Shown here: positions 41,351 to 49,839 of the stretch, one piece after another | How the letters are laid out: every line of letters starts with the position of its first letter | Numbering within the stretch: position 1 is the stretch's first letter | Source: a virus | Strand: one strand, 5' to 3' | DNA length: 64,000 bases | Virus record (IMG/VR): IMGVR_UViG_3300033146_001182 | Location: 1 to 64,000 of that record | Notes under the pieces: model-generated | Seen by the model: the letters and a program-made list of their open reading frames with translations, nothing else | What the model was told of the DNA's origin: nothing | Databases searched by the model: none | Position numbers and translations under genes: made by a program

Positions 41351-41720
41351 TCACCACCTTATTTGATGATGGAACTACAGGAGTTTCATCATCATTATTA
41401 TAACACACTTTATTATCATATAATTCTTGCCAATGTTCTACTTGTTTGTAAGCAGCTTCTAATTGTTCTTTTATTGCATTATTAGATTTCATCCATTCAT
41501 CTGCTTGATTGTTACATGTACTAATTGCATCTAATAAATCACTTTCATTACTCTTACAAGTATTGAAATTATTTTCCATTAGAACTATTGATGCTTTAAG
41601 TTTTTCTATTTTTGCATCTTGTATTTTATTATTAGTATATAATGTTCCACATATTAACACTAATACAATAATTGCTAATATTGCTGGTTTCTTTATAAAA
41701 TTTAATACCATCATCCACAT
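41295..41720 (-). CDS. i-spanin
   Basis: N-terminal TM helix followed by coiled coil. Confidence 0.7.
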   Translation of the reverse strand: MWMMVLNFIKKPAILAIIVLVLICGTLYTNNKIQDAKIEKLKASIVLMENNFNTCKSNESDLLDAISTCNNQADEWMKSNNAIKEQLEAAYKQVEHWQELYDNKVCYNNDDETPVVPSSNKVVNDEKSIDAVNRLNDIFNN

Positions 41721-41741
41721 TTTTTATATTCCTATGATTCT

Positions 41742-41981
41742 TTATTTTGGTTTGGTTGAATTGAATAATACAGTCTTTTTAAGGATATTATAAGTTGCTG
41801 TAATATACAACATTTGTGTATGTGCTGCTGTGATATCTGTAGTTGTGAATGCCCATTTCCACATAGCAAGTCCAAATGTCATCCAAAAAGCAACTCTACC
41901 AACAGACATATTTGTATATTCACCTTCTGGATTTCTTTCTGATATCAATGAAATAAAGAAGTTTGATTTTTTCTTTTCCAT
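41742..41981 (-). CDS. putative holin
   Basis: 79 aa, basic termini, SVGRVAFW hydrophobic segment, upstream of spanins. Confidence 0.5.
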   Translation of the reverse strand: MEKKKSNFFISLISERNPEGEYTNMSVGRVAFWMTFGLAMWKWAFTTTDITAAHTQMLYITATYNILKKTVLFNSTKPK

Positions 41982-42013
41982 AATTCCCCCAATACACTTA
42001 TTTATATTATAGG

Positions 42014-42021
42014 TATTTATA
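42014..42021 (-). promoter_or_regulatory. T4-type late promoter TATAAATA
   Basis: Exact motif immediately after terminator, upstream of lysis/internal-protein run. Confidence 0.75.
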
Positions 42022-42057
42022 TAAAAAAATAGGGTGATACCCGAAAGGCATCACCCC
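42022..42057 (-). terminator. rho-independent terminator closing the Ubl cassette
   Basis: GGGTGATGCC-TTTCG-GGTATCACCC then T-run. Confidence 0.85.
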
Positions 42058-42084
42058 AATTTCATAGGAGGAAATTAATTTTTA

Positions 42085-43194
42085 CTAATGAATAATTCTT
42101 ATATTAACAGGTTCTTCTTCAACAATTTCTTCCTCTGTCAAATCACAGATTGAATCATCGTTGTCATCGGTATCAATTTTAATATCAATACCATATGATA
42201 CTTGGTGATAACCTGTTTGTCCACCAGTACCACTTTCTTCATCTTCGGTTGTCCAATTTTCAACTTCATTTTTTGTTGTATCTTCAATGGACTCCCATTC
42301 TTCCTCTTCCCATTCCTCATCAGTCATGACCATAGTTTGTTCTTCTTCCATTTGTTGAAGAAGATGAAGTTCTTGGTCAGCAGTTCCATCTTCAATCAAT
42401 TCAGTAATATCATCATCTGAATAATATTTACTTAATGATGTACGAAGTTCTTTTTCCATTTTAGGAGTGTAATACAAACCTGTTACTGGATGAAGATGTC
42501 GTGTTACAACATCTTTTGAAATTGAAGAATCAATATCACTAAAATGATTAACATAAACAGGACGATTGGAATTGATTTTAGAAGTAAACTCTTTTTCAAA
42601 AGCATCTTCATCAAGAACTTTCTTATGTTTTACTGAAAAAGTCAAATCTTCAGCAAGAATATAAGAACCACAAAGGGTCTTCATTCTTACTTGTCCTTTA
42701 ATTGGTGAAGAAGGGTTAGTTGAAACTACAATTGAAACATCATGGTTTTGATTAATATAAGCATCATCAGTTCCACTAAAAAATGCTCCCATTGTATGGT
42801 GTGAATGGATAACACCAATGATTTTACGACCATCACTCCAACCATATTCAACATTATAAACATTAACTCCTGTTACTTCTTGACTATCAGGAATAATAAT
42901 ATCAGTTACCAGAACATGTTTTTGTTCATGATTAACTTCACCTTCCAGATAAGCCAACCATTCCAAAGTTGGGTAATAATCTTGAAGTTTTTTGATTTTC
43001 TCATCAGCCAAAACTTCAAATTCAACCTTATATTTAGGAACGGTCATATGACCACATGTTTTGATGATTTTAATACCAGCATCCCAACAAGTATTTGCTG
43101 CGGCAATTTGTTTGGCAAATGCCCCACCCTTATTATGTTTTTTAATAAGTGCGTCCATTTCCTCATTGGTCATTGGTTTCAAATGATTTTTCAT
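42085..43194 (-). CDS. JAB/JAMM (MPN+) metalloprotease with acidic C-terminal tail
   Basis: EW...IHSHHTMGAFFSGTD = E..HxH-x7-S-x2-D. Confidence 0.88.
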   Translation of the reverse strand: MKNHLKPMTNEEMDALIKKHNKGGAFAKQIAAANTCWDAGIKIIKTCGHMTVPKYKVEFEVLADEKIKKLQDYYPTLEWLAYLEGEVNHEQKHVLVTDIIIPDSQEVTGVNVYNVEYGWSDGRKIIGVIHSHHTMGAFFSGTDDAYINQNHDVSIVVSTNPSSPIKGQVRMKTLCGSYILAEDLTFSVKHKKVLDEDAFEKEFTSKINSNRPVYVNHFSDIDSSISKDVVTRHLHPVTGLYYTPKMEKELRTSLSKYYSDDDITELIEDGTADQELHLLQQMEEEQTMVMTDEEWEEEEWESIEDTTKNEVENWTTEDEESGTGGQTGYHQVSYGIDIKIDTDDNDDSICDLTEEEIVEEEPVNIRIIH

Positions 43195-43216
43195 ATTAAA
43201 TCCTTATAGTTTATTT

Positions 43217-43261
43217 GTTATCAGATGGGGCTAGTATAACCTAACCCCATGATTCTGTCAA
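43217..43261 (-). promoter_or_regulatory. sigma70 promoter + ATCTGATAAC leader (JAB gene)
   Basis: TTGACA-17-TATACT. Confidence 0.8.
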
Positions 43262-43263
43262 GA

Positions 43264-43857
43264 TTAAACAGAATAGAAATCTTTCAAATGACAACCCATT
43301 TCACCACCTGAATATTTCATTACTTTTCCAACAACCAGTGCGGCAGCCATAATGGCAGGAACAGCCCAAGATGGGGTAACACGATAACCATCTTGTGTAT
43401 CACCAACATCCCAAGAAGCAACACGGTCATTGATAGACATACGTTCACCATCATAACCTGATTTTACATACTTAGCACCATTCTCATCTGCCATTCGTTG
43501 ATTTTCAAGTTGTGATTTATGGTTATCAGTACAATCAATAACCCAATCAACATTTTTTGGATAAGTATGGTCTTTCAGTGGAAATGGAAATGCCTTCACT
43601 TTTGTATCAGGACGAAGTTGTTTAATAACAGTTTTGACAATATCAGCTTTATTTTTACCGATAAAATCAGCTGTTACATCCAACCGATTAAGATTAGATT
43701 CTTCCAAAGTATCAGGGTCAAAAACATACAGTTCTTTGATACCAGACATTGCCAAAAGTTTAGCAACATGAAAACCAATTCCGCCAGCACCAACTACTAA
43801 TACTTTCAAATCAGTATTAATTCCTTCAATCAATTCTTGCCGATTGTAAATGGACAT
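43264..43857 (-). CDS. ThiF/MoeB/E1-like adenylyltransferase
   Basis: YNRQ, VVGAGGIG, DPDTLEESNLNR, GKNKA, IDCTDN. Confidence 0.92.
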   Translation of the reverse strand: MSIYNRQELIEGINTDLKVLVVGAGGIGFHVAKLLAMSGIKELYVFDPDTLEESNLNRLDVTADFIGKNKADIVKTVIKQLRPDTKVKAFPFPLKDHTYPKNVDWVIDCTDNHKSQLENQRMADENGAKYVKSGYDGERMSINDRVASWDVGDTQDGYRVTPSWAVPAIMAAALVVGKVMKYSGGEMGCHLKDFYSV

Positions 43858-43878
43858 AATTTTTTCCTTTCAAATAAT

Positions 43879-43924
43879 CGTTATCAGATAGATATATAAT
43901 ACGAAATTAAGTTTGATTTGTCAA
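43879..43924 (-). promoter_or_regulatory. sigma70 promoter + ATCTGATAACG leader (E1 gene)
   Basis: TTGACA-17-TATTAT. Confidence 0.8.
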
Positions 43925-43966
43925 GAAAAGATTGGGCGAAATAAATCACCCAATCTTTCCTCATTA

Positions 43967-44827
43967 TCAGGTTGACCAGACAGAACCAACATTATCTGAT
44001 ACATCTTGTGTGATACCAGACCGTTCATCTGCCCTTGAGACAGAATACTGGACATCTTCACCACGATTAAGAAGATGTTGTTGGAGGGTTGAAAGTCTAG
44101 GCAATCCTGTTGGTGTGGTAGTTCCTGGTGATGCTGAATTGACATTTTCCAAAACAACCAAGGCTTCACGACCAATTGCCAAAATATCATCAGGTGAAGA
44201 CCAAGTTTGTGGATGTCGCCAATCACCCCAACAATCAGAAGAACGACCCATTGCGTGATAATGTGAAAACTTATCTAATCCAATGGTTTTACGGACGATA
44301 ACTTCATTTACACGGTCATCTTCTGTTTTAATTTCAATAGTAACAGGTGAAATAAGACGTTTGGAGTATTTTGGTTCAATTGGACGACCATCAACATATT
44401 TTGGCCAGTATACACCTTGATACAACCAAACCATACGACCATTACCATTTGAAACAACAGACAAACCAGCTTTTGCGTGTTCACGAGTAATATTTGGCAT
44501 AATATTACTTGAGTTCAATCGTTCCTGTAATTCACGTTCTTTTTCTTCATAATCCATACGGTTTTGTTCAACCATATAAGACATTTCTGACATTTTTTCA
44601 TTCAGAACTGATTTGATTTGTTGAAGTTTTTCGGTAAGTTTAGCAGAATATTCTGCCCGAATATCGTCTTCTGGTAGAGAAAATTCCTCAGTAATTTCAA
44701 GTTTCACCACCCGTCCACCGATACGAACAGTCATTCCCTCAGATTTTACGTCATCAATTGAAACACTATCAAGAGTGTTATCAATAGAATCTTTAATATC
44801 TTCAACAACAGATGTATCCCAAGCCAT
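43967..44827 (-). CDS. coiled-coil + E2/UBC-like conjugating enzyme
   Basis: Sole Cys in HYH-x7-CWG (E2 HPN-x7-C spacing), followed by WSS...LENVNSASP; flanked by Ubl and E1. Confidence 0.65.
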   Translation of the reverse strand: MAWDTSVVEDIKDSIDNTLDSVSIDDVKSEGMTVRIGGRVVKLEITEEFSLPEDDIRAEYSAKLTEKLQQIKSVLNEKMSEMSYMVEQNRMDYEEKERELQERLNSSNIMPNITREHAKAGLSVVSNGNGRMVWLYQGVYWPKYVDGRPIEPKYSKRLISPVTIEIKTEDDRVNEVIVRKTIGLDKFSHYHAMGRSSDCWGDWRHPQTWSSPDDILAIGREALVVLENVNSASPGTTTPTGLPRLSTLQQHLLNRGEDVQYSVSRADERSGITQDVSDNVGSVWST

Positions 44828-44846
44828 AATGTTTTCCTTTCTTTTT

Positions 44847-44892
44847 CGTTATCAGATGAATATATAATACTATTCTTTTCAGGTGGTGTCAA
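44847..44892 (-). promoter_or_regulatory. sigma70 promoter + ATCTGATAACG leader (E2 gene)
   Basis: TTGACA-17-TATTAT. Confidence 0.8.
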
Positions 44893-44897
44893 GAGGA

Positions 44898-44938
44898 AAA
44901 AATACAGGATTGAGGTTTTAATTCAATCCTGTATTTTT
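44898..44938 (-). terminator. terminator after Ubl gene
   Basis: 16-bp inverted repeat AAAAATACAGGATTGA/TCAATCCTGTATTTTT. Confidence 0.8.
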
Positions 44939-44957
44939 AATTGAAGTTACGTTATTT

Positions 44958-45170
44958 CTAACCAGCCACTTCATAAGGCTTAATTTCCAGTGCCATGCCA
45001 CTTTCCATATTAGCTGGAGCAGTAGCAGGGTCAATTTCCGAACCATTCAGAATAACACGGAATTTCCCAAGTCCAGCATCTTTTGCGGCACTAATTACGG
45101 TATCTTTGAAGGAAGTTCCCTCAGTGATGGTAGAAGTAGAACCATTGATAGTCAGAGTTGCGTTTGCCAT
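44958..45170 (-). CDS. ubiquitin-like (beta-grasp) protein ending in Gly
   Basis: 70 aa; FRVILNG..I...MESGMALEIKPYEVAG-COOH; SD AGGAG. Confidence 0.75.
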   Translation of the reverse strand: MANATLTINGSTSTITEGTSFKDTVISAAKDAGLGKFRVILNGSEIDPATAPANMESGMALEIKPYEVAG

Positions 45171-45218
45171 AATATTTCTCCTATTTAAGTTGTGGGATAT
45201 TTCCCGTTGATGATTAGT

Positions 45219-45314
45219 ATAATAACCAATCTAAAATCATTTGTCAATACTTTTTTATTTTTTATTTTTCCCGAAGACAAGTAAGATAATAACAAAATCA
45301 TCTTACTCTGTCAA
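45219..45314 (-). promoter_or_regulatory. two tandem sigma70 promoters upstream of Ubl
   Basis: TTGACA-17-TATTAT at 45219-45247 and 45286-45314. Confidence 0.8.
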
Positions 45315-45320
45315 CGATTT

Positions 45321-45776
45321 TTATTCAACATTCCATGATTTATTTTCTTCAATTTTGTTAAGATCCCCTAATGGAAGACCACAACTTTTTCTAAGAAAAT
45401 TCCAACCATAGATACGACCATTTGTATCAAAATCTGGTTTTTCAATCAATTTAATGTCATCAGTTGACCACATATTTTGATTTTTTTGTACCATTTCAAT
45501 CCATTGAACATATTGAGTATGATAATCGTAATATCTATCAATATCAGCTTGTGTTGGATTGATAGTAAGGTCTTCATTTAGAATGATTTTTAATTGTTCA
45601 TCAACATATTCTTGTGCTTTAACAACATCATAAACATTTTTTAATAATTTAACATCTTCTTCTGTTAGTTGAACTGGTTGATTTTGTTGAACTTTTTCTT
45701 GTTCATTAATTTTTTTAATTTCGTCAGATAATAACCACCGTTCTATTTTACCACTTAGATTTTTGAAAAATCCCAT
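45321..45776 (-). CDS. hypothetical protein
   Basis: ORF with SD-like GAAAGG. Confidence 0.6.
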   Translation of the reverse strand: MGFFKNLSGKIERWLLSDEIKKINEQEKVQQNQPVQLTEEDVKLLKNVYDVVKAQEYVDEQLKIILNEDLTINPTQADIDRYYDYHTQYVQWIEMVQKNQNMWSTDDIKLIEKPDFDTNGRIYGWNFLRKSCGLPLGDLNKIEENKSWNVE

Positions 45777-45791
45777 AACTAACCCTTTCCG

Positions 45792-46529
45792 TTATTCTTC
45801 TAATTTAGATAATAGGTAATACTTTTCACTACTGTCATTATTTTCAAATAATACCATACCAGCACCTTGTGCGTCAACCCAAGTAAACTTTGCAGTAAAA
45901 TTATTTAGGTTTTCATTGATACATTGTAATACAGCATTAAAGTTCTTAAAATCAAAACAAATATCAATATCATCATGATCAATTTCACCCAATTCAAAAT
46001 TGATTCCATTGGCAAACCGATTGGTTCTATCAGTTGTTTCCACACTAAACTTTTTATCTTTTACTGTAAAATAAACTTTTTCAAACTTACCAGCAACTTT
46101 ACGGATTTTATCAAAATATTCACCAACTTCTGGTGTCAATTCAAGTTCATAAAATGCAGGAATATTTGGTTCTTGTCCAGTGAATGTAGTGACAAATGAA
46201 GACATACAAAAATGAAGATTTGTTCTATGCCTACCATCCTTCAATGTTAATTTATCATCTGTTACTATAGCATTTACTGTTTCACTATCAATGAGATTAA
46301 GATACGGTTTAACCTTCATATTAGGTTCATCAAAATTAAGTTCAATTTCACCTTGAATTTCATTGATGGCTTCGTTTTTTAAGTCAAGATAAACAACAAC
46401 TGTATTATTGGCACTCCTCATTTTTGTTGTAATTTTCTCATTATCAGCTTTTAACTGAACAGATGGAATTACATAATTAAGAGTTGCTTTCTTAATAACT
46501 TCCTGTAATTGTTCTACATTTATAATCAT
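45792..46529 (-). CDS. 45: sliding clamp (T4 gp45-like)
   Basis: 245 aa, clamp-like alpha/beta pattern, near clamp loader genes. Confidence 0.7.
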   Translation of the reverse strand: MIINVEQLQEVIKKATLNYVIPSVQLKADNEKITTKMRSANNTVVVYLDLKNEAINEIQGEIELNFDEPNMKVKPYLNLIDSETVNAIVTDDKLTLKDGRHRTNLHFCMSSFVTTFTGQEPNIPAFYELELTPEVGEYFDKIRKVAGKFEKVYFTVKDKKFSVETTDRTNRFANGINFELGEIDHDDIDICFDFKNFNAVLQCINENLNNFTAKFTWVDAQGAGMVLFENNDSSEKYYLLSKLEE

Positions 46530-46593
46530 TTATACTAATTCTCCTTAGATTTTTTTATAAGAGAATTGTATCATATCATTACATATATGTAAA

Positions 46594-46872
46594 TCAACTA
46601 TTTTTTGTAGTCCAAACTTTTTCAGATTTTCGTTTTTTTAATTCACCAAGATAGGAATGAAGAAGGAATTGTTGTTTTACTGTAGGTTTGAACTTCTTCA
46701 ACATTAAACCAGCACAAAAAGCATTAATAATTGTCCAAGTATTGAATTCAAAATCAATTACACAAGCAATATTCATGGCAAATATAATAGCACATAAAAA
46801 ACTCCATAGTTCTTCTTTGTAAATCAATTTTGTAATACCTTTAATTTCTTCATCTAAGTTCAACTTGTCCAT
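46594..46872 (-). CDS. membrane protein
   Basis: Two hydrophobic segments. Confidence 0.55.
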   Translation of the reverse strand: MDKLNLDEEIKGITKLIYKEELWSFLCAIIFAMNIACVIDFEFNTWTIINAFCAGLMLKKFKPTVKQQFLLHSYLGELKKRKSEKVWTTKNS

Positions 46873-47375
46873 AATTCCACCTTTCTGTTTGGGTTCAATG
46901 TAATTAACTTACCTTTTAAGCCACTTGTTTTAACTGATTTAATATTATTTTCACCATATACAACTAAACAACTTGGTGCATTTGCCGTATTAGTAATCTT
47001 ACCAGAAATATGATGAAACTTCAACCTTCCTTTGAAAAAAAATATCGCATCTGCCTTATTCCATATTTGTTCATGAAATCCAATAGTTTCAGTTCTAGCA
47101 AATATTAAACCAATACCATTACCGTGTTTATGTAATTTTTCCATCCATTTGAAAGTTTCTCTCCCATAAGGTGGATTACACCATACTCTACCATACCATT
47201 CTTGTCGTAAACCATTATCTAATGTTGAATAATGATTTTTTGCTGTATCCCAAGGTCTTACATCAGGAAGTGGTGAACATGGGTCTAAATCAAACTCACC
47301 TAATGATTCAATAATATATGGTGGAGTTAACCATTCTTCTTTATTGTGTGTATTTGTATTAAAATCTTTAGACAT
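46860..47375 (-). CDS. phage DNA N6-adenine methyltransferase
   Basis: EWLTP, FDLDPC, WCNPPYG, ARTET, GRLKF. Confidence 0.88.
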   Translation of the reverse strand: MSKDFNTNTHNKEEWLTPPYIIESLGEFDLDPCSPLPDVRPWDTAKNHYSTLDNGLRQEWYGRVWCNPPYGRETFKWMEKLHKHGNGIGLIFARTETIGFHEQIWNKADAIFFFKGRLKFHHISGKITNTANAPSCLVVYGENNIKSVKTSGLKGKLITLNPNRKVELWTS

Positions 47376-47753
47376 TTATTTCTCCGTTAAGGATAATGCT
47401 GCTTCTCGTTTAGAAATACCATACATTTCAACTAACTCATTGATTAGTTTTTCTTTATCTTTTGCTACTTTTGTTTTTTTAGTGAACTTTAAGTATCTTT
47501 TACCTTTTGGGATGATGTTTACATAATACTTGAAAATTAATTCATCTGGCAAGGAAAATTGATATTTATTTATTTCATTAACATATTTTATAATATTAGG
47601 ATCTTCACTAAGAAACAATGATAATACAAAAGCTGAAAACTCTTTTGGTTCATATTCACAAGGTTGTTTTAGTGTTATAGCATTAAGAACTTCTGTTAGG
47701 TGATTTTTCTTTTTTGGATTTTTTGTTTTTGTTTTTGCCATTTCTTCCCTCAT
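47376..47753 (-). CDS. 62: clamp loader small subunit (T4 gp62-like)
   Basis: IPKGKRYLKF...YGISKREA. Confidence 0.7.
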   Translation of the reverse strand: MREEMAKTKTKNPKKKNHLTEVLNAITLKQPCEYEPKEFSAFVLSLFLSEDPNIIKYVNEINKYQFSLPDELIFKYYVNIIPKGKRYLKFTKKTKVAKDKEKLINELVEMYGISKREAALSLTEK

Positions 47754-47847
47754 GTTTATGATTTTTCATACAATCATTCATAGAATCCTGTAGATTTTTA
47801 ATAATATCAGGATTTAATTTTGCTGGTTTTTTCTTATTTTTACCCAT

Positions 47848-48147
47848 TTATTCTATCTCCATAATGTTTTCAAATATATGCCAAATTAAAGAATTACTAT
47901 TCATTGACACTGTTCCAATAAATCTTAATGTATGTTCATAATTCATAGGATTACCAGTTCCAAATACTCTAATTCGTCTTGGAACTAAAGGATTCTCATC
48001 ATTCAATTTTACCCACATATATAATGAATCAATCATTTCTCCATATGTTGGTGGTTGAGACATTACACTAAGGATTTCTGCATCTTTCGGTAGGTTAATT
48101 ATTTGAAAATCAGTTACTTCCAGTTTATATTTATATATTTTTTCCAT
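47848..48147 (-). CDS. hypothetical phage protein
   Basis: IYKY...GTG...FIGTV...WHIFE pattern. Confidence 0.65.
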   Translation of the reverse strand: MEKIYKYKLEVTDFQIINLPKDAEILSVMSQPPTYGEMIDSLYMWVKLNDENPLVPRRIRVFGTGNPMNYEHTLRFIGTVSMNSNSLIWHIFENIMEIE

Positions 48148-49061
48148 TATACTACACCTTTCATTATCATATTAAAATACATTGTCATAAAATTAATTTC
48201 TCTATTTCCAACAATATTATCTCTATAATCATGTTCACCCAATAGTAAGATTGCCTCACCATCTTTTTTGAATACTGAATCTTCTGCCATAAGAGTTGTA
48301 TAGATATGTGAATATAATCCAGCATAATCAATTTGATGTGATTTAAGAATTGTTCTTACTGCTTCAGGATCACCATTTTTCATGGCTTCTAAAATCTCAC
48401 CATAAGTCTCATCATATGCAGTAATTTTAATATTATTAACCAATTCTCCATTAATAACATTCTCTTTTAATACTACCAATGTCTTTCTAATATCAGGTTT
48501 TTGTTTCCAGATTGACTTAACTAAATCAATTACAACTTTTTTGTCATATTTAACACCCTCTTTATCAAGAATATACCAACATTTCTTGACAACATCAATT
48601 GCAGGTGGATTAGATAGTTCAATAACTCTACATCTTGACATTAATTCTGGAATAATTTTATGTACATAGTTACAACAAAAAATAAATCTTGTTACACTTT
48701 GAACTGATTCCATTAAATCACGAAGCATTGCCTGTGCATTGGTAGATAGATAATCAGCCTCATTAAGATAAACAATTTTAATTCCACCAAAACCAGCACT
48801 TGTGGCAAAGGATTTAACTTTATCTCTGATTGCATCAATACCTGTTTCATCTGAACAGTTCAATTTCAAAATATCAGGATTTTTTGTGTGTTTCAAAATG
48901 TCAACAAATGTTCCTTTACCAGTACCAGAAGGACCGTATAGGATAATATTTGGTAATTCTTCTAATGCTGCTTGTAATTTTGGTTTAACTTCATCATCAA
49001 GAATCATTTCATCAAAAGTTTTAGGACTATACTTAAACTCATATAAGTCATTCAAATTCAT
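48147..49061 (-). CDS. 44: clamp loader large subunit (T4 gp44-like AAA+)
   Basis: KYSPKTF, GPSGTGKG, NEADYLS, SRC. Confidence 0.9.
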   Translation of the reverse strand: MNLNDLYEFKYSPKTFDEMILDDEVKPKLQAALEELPNIILYGPSGTGKGTFVDILKHTKNPDILKLNCSDETGIDAIRDKVKSFATSAGFGGIKIVYLNEADYLSTNAQAMLRDLMESVQSVTRFIFCCNYVHKIIPELMSRCRVIELSNPPAIDVVKKCWYILDKEGVKYDKKVVIDLVKSIWKQKPDIRKTLVVLKENVINGELVNNIKITAYDETYGEILEAMKNGDPEAVRTILKSHQIDYAGLYSHIYTTLMAEDSVFKKDGEAILLLGEHDYRDNIVGNREINFMTMYFNMIMKGVV

Positions 49062-49076
49062 ATATTATTTCTCCAA

Positions 49077-49364
49077 TTATTTTACTGCTCGTTTCAAATT
49101 ATCTGATGGTTTGAAAGTAGGAACTTGTTTAGATGGAATATGTACAATAGTTCCTGTTTTCGGATTTCTTCCTTTTCGGGGATTTCGTTGTTTTACAATA
49201 AAATTACCAAATCCTACAATTGTAACCTTTCCTTCTTTTCTCATACCATATTCAATACCTTCAAAGGTTTTTTCAACAATAATACGAACATCTTTTTTAT
49301 ACATCCCCAATTCTTGGGCAACATATTCAATTAATTCTGCTTTGTTCATTATGTTATTCTCCAC
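49077..49364 (-). CDS. HU/IHF-family DNA-binding protein
   Basis: MNKAELI, GFGNF, RKGRNPKTG, FKPS. Confidence 0.92.
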   Translation of the reverse strand: MENNIMNKAELIEYVAQELGMYKKDVRIIVEKTFEGIEYGMRKEGKVTIVGFGNFIVKQRNPRKGRNPKTGTIVHIPSKQVPTFKPSDNLKRAVK

Positions 49365-49408
49365 TTGTTTTTCTAATGACTATATCAGAAAATAACATTT
49401 ATGTAAAC

Positions 49409-49534
49409 TTATTCTTCTGGTATTTTTTCTTTATGTTTAACCTTTCTGGTATATTTTGAATTATCTTTATGTAATTTGGATGGGGGTGCGGTAGGTTTAC
49501 GGATAATATCAACAATCTTTTTTTCTTTTTTCAT
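49409..49534 (-). CDS. 41-aa basic peptide
   Basis: MKKEKKIVDIIRKPTAPPSKLHKDNSKYTRKVKHKEKIPEE; absent from ORF track. Confidence 0.55.
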   Translation of the reverse strand: MKKEKKIVDIIRKPTAPPSKLHKDNSKYTRKVKHKEKIPEE

Positions 49535-49787
49535 GAGAATATTCCTTATATTTTTCTAATTCTTTATTAAGATATTTTTCTAATATGTTGAGATTTTTTT
49601 CATCATCTTTGAAATGTTCATATACTTTAATTATATTTAATTTATTTGAATGAAATAAACTTTTAATGGTATGTTTAGCTGTTTGTTTATCCATTCCTAA
49701 TTTAATCAAATCATTTTCAAAATCAAGTGGAAATAAACATCTATCAACCCATGAATAAAATCTTAATGTCTCTGTTAATGTATGCAT
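49509..49787 (-). CDS. hypothetical protein
   Basis: Start revised to MHTL after SD GGAGG. Confidence 0.6.
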   Translation of the reverse strand: MHTLTETLRFYSWVDRCLFPLDFENDLIKLGMDKQTAKHTIKSLFHSNKLNIIKVYEHFKDDEKNLNILEKYLNKELEKYKEYSHEKRKKDC

Positions 49788-49839
49788 AATTTCCTCCATT
49801 TCTATAAATAATATAATATATTTTATTATTTTAGTCAAT

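Noticed and set aside
43921-44258. Alternative ORFs overlapping the E2-like gene
   Set aside because: Shadow frames without SD or recognisable motifs; the same applies to most antisense ORFs in the track.
43264-45170. ThiF + ThiS/MoaD as thiamine/molybdopterin or tRNA-thiolation genes
   Set aside because: No thiG, moaE, cysteine desulfurase or PP-loop gene is nearby, and the intervening E2-like gene and JAB fit conjugation better. Sulfur transfer is not formally excluded.
49803-49810. TATAAATA on the plus strand
   Set aside because: No plus-strand gene follows, and the match is expected by chance in such AT-rich DNA.
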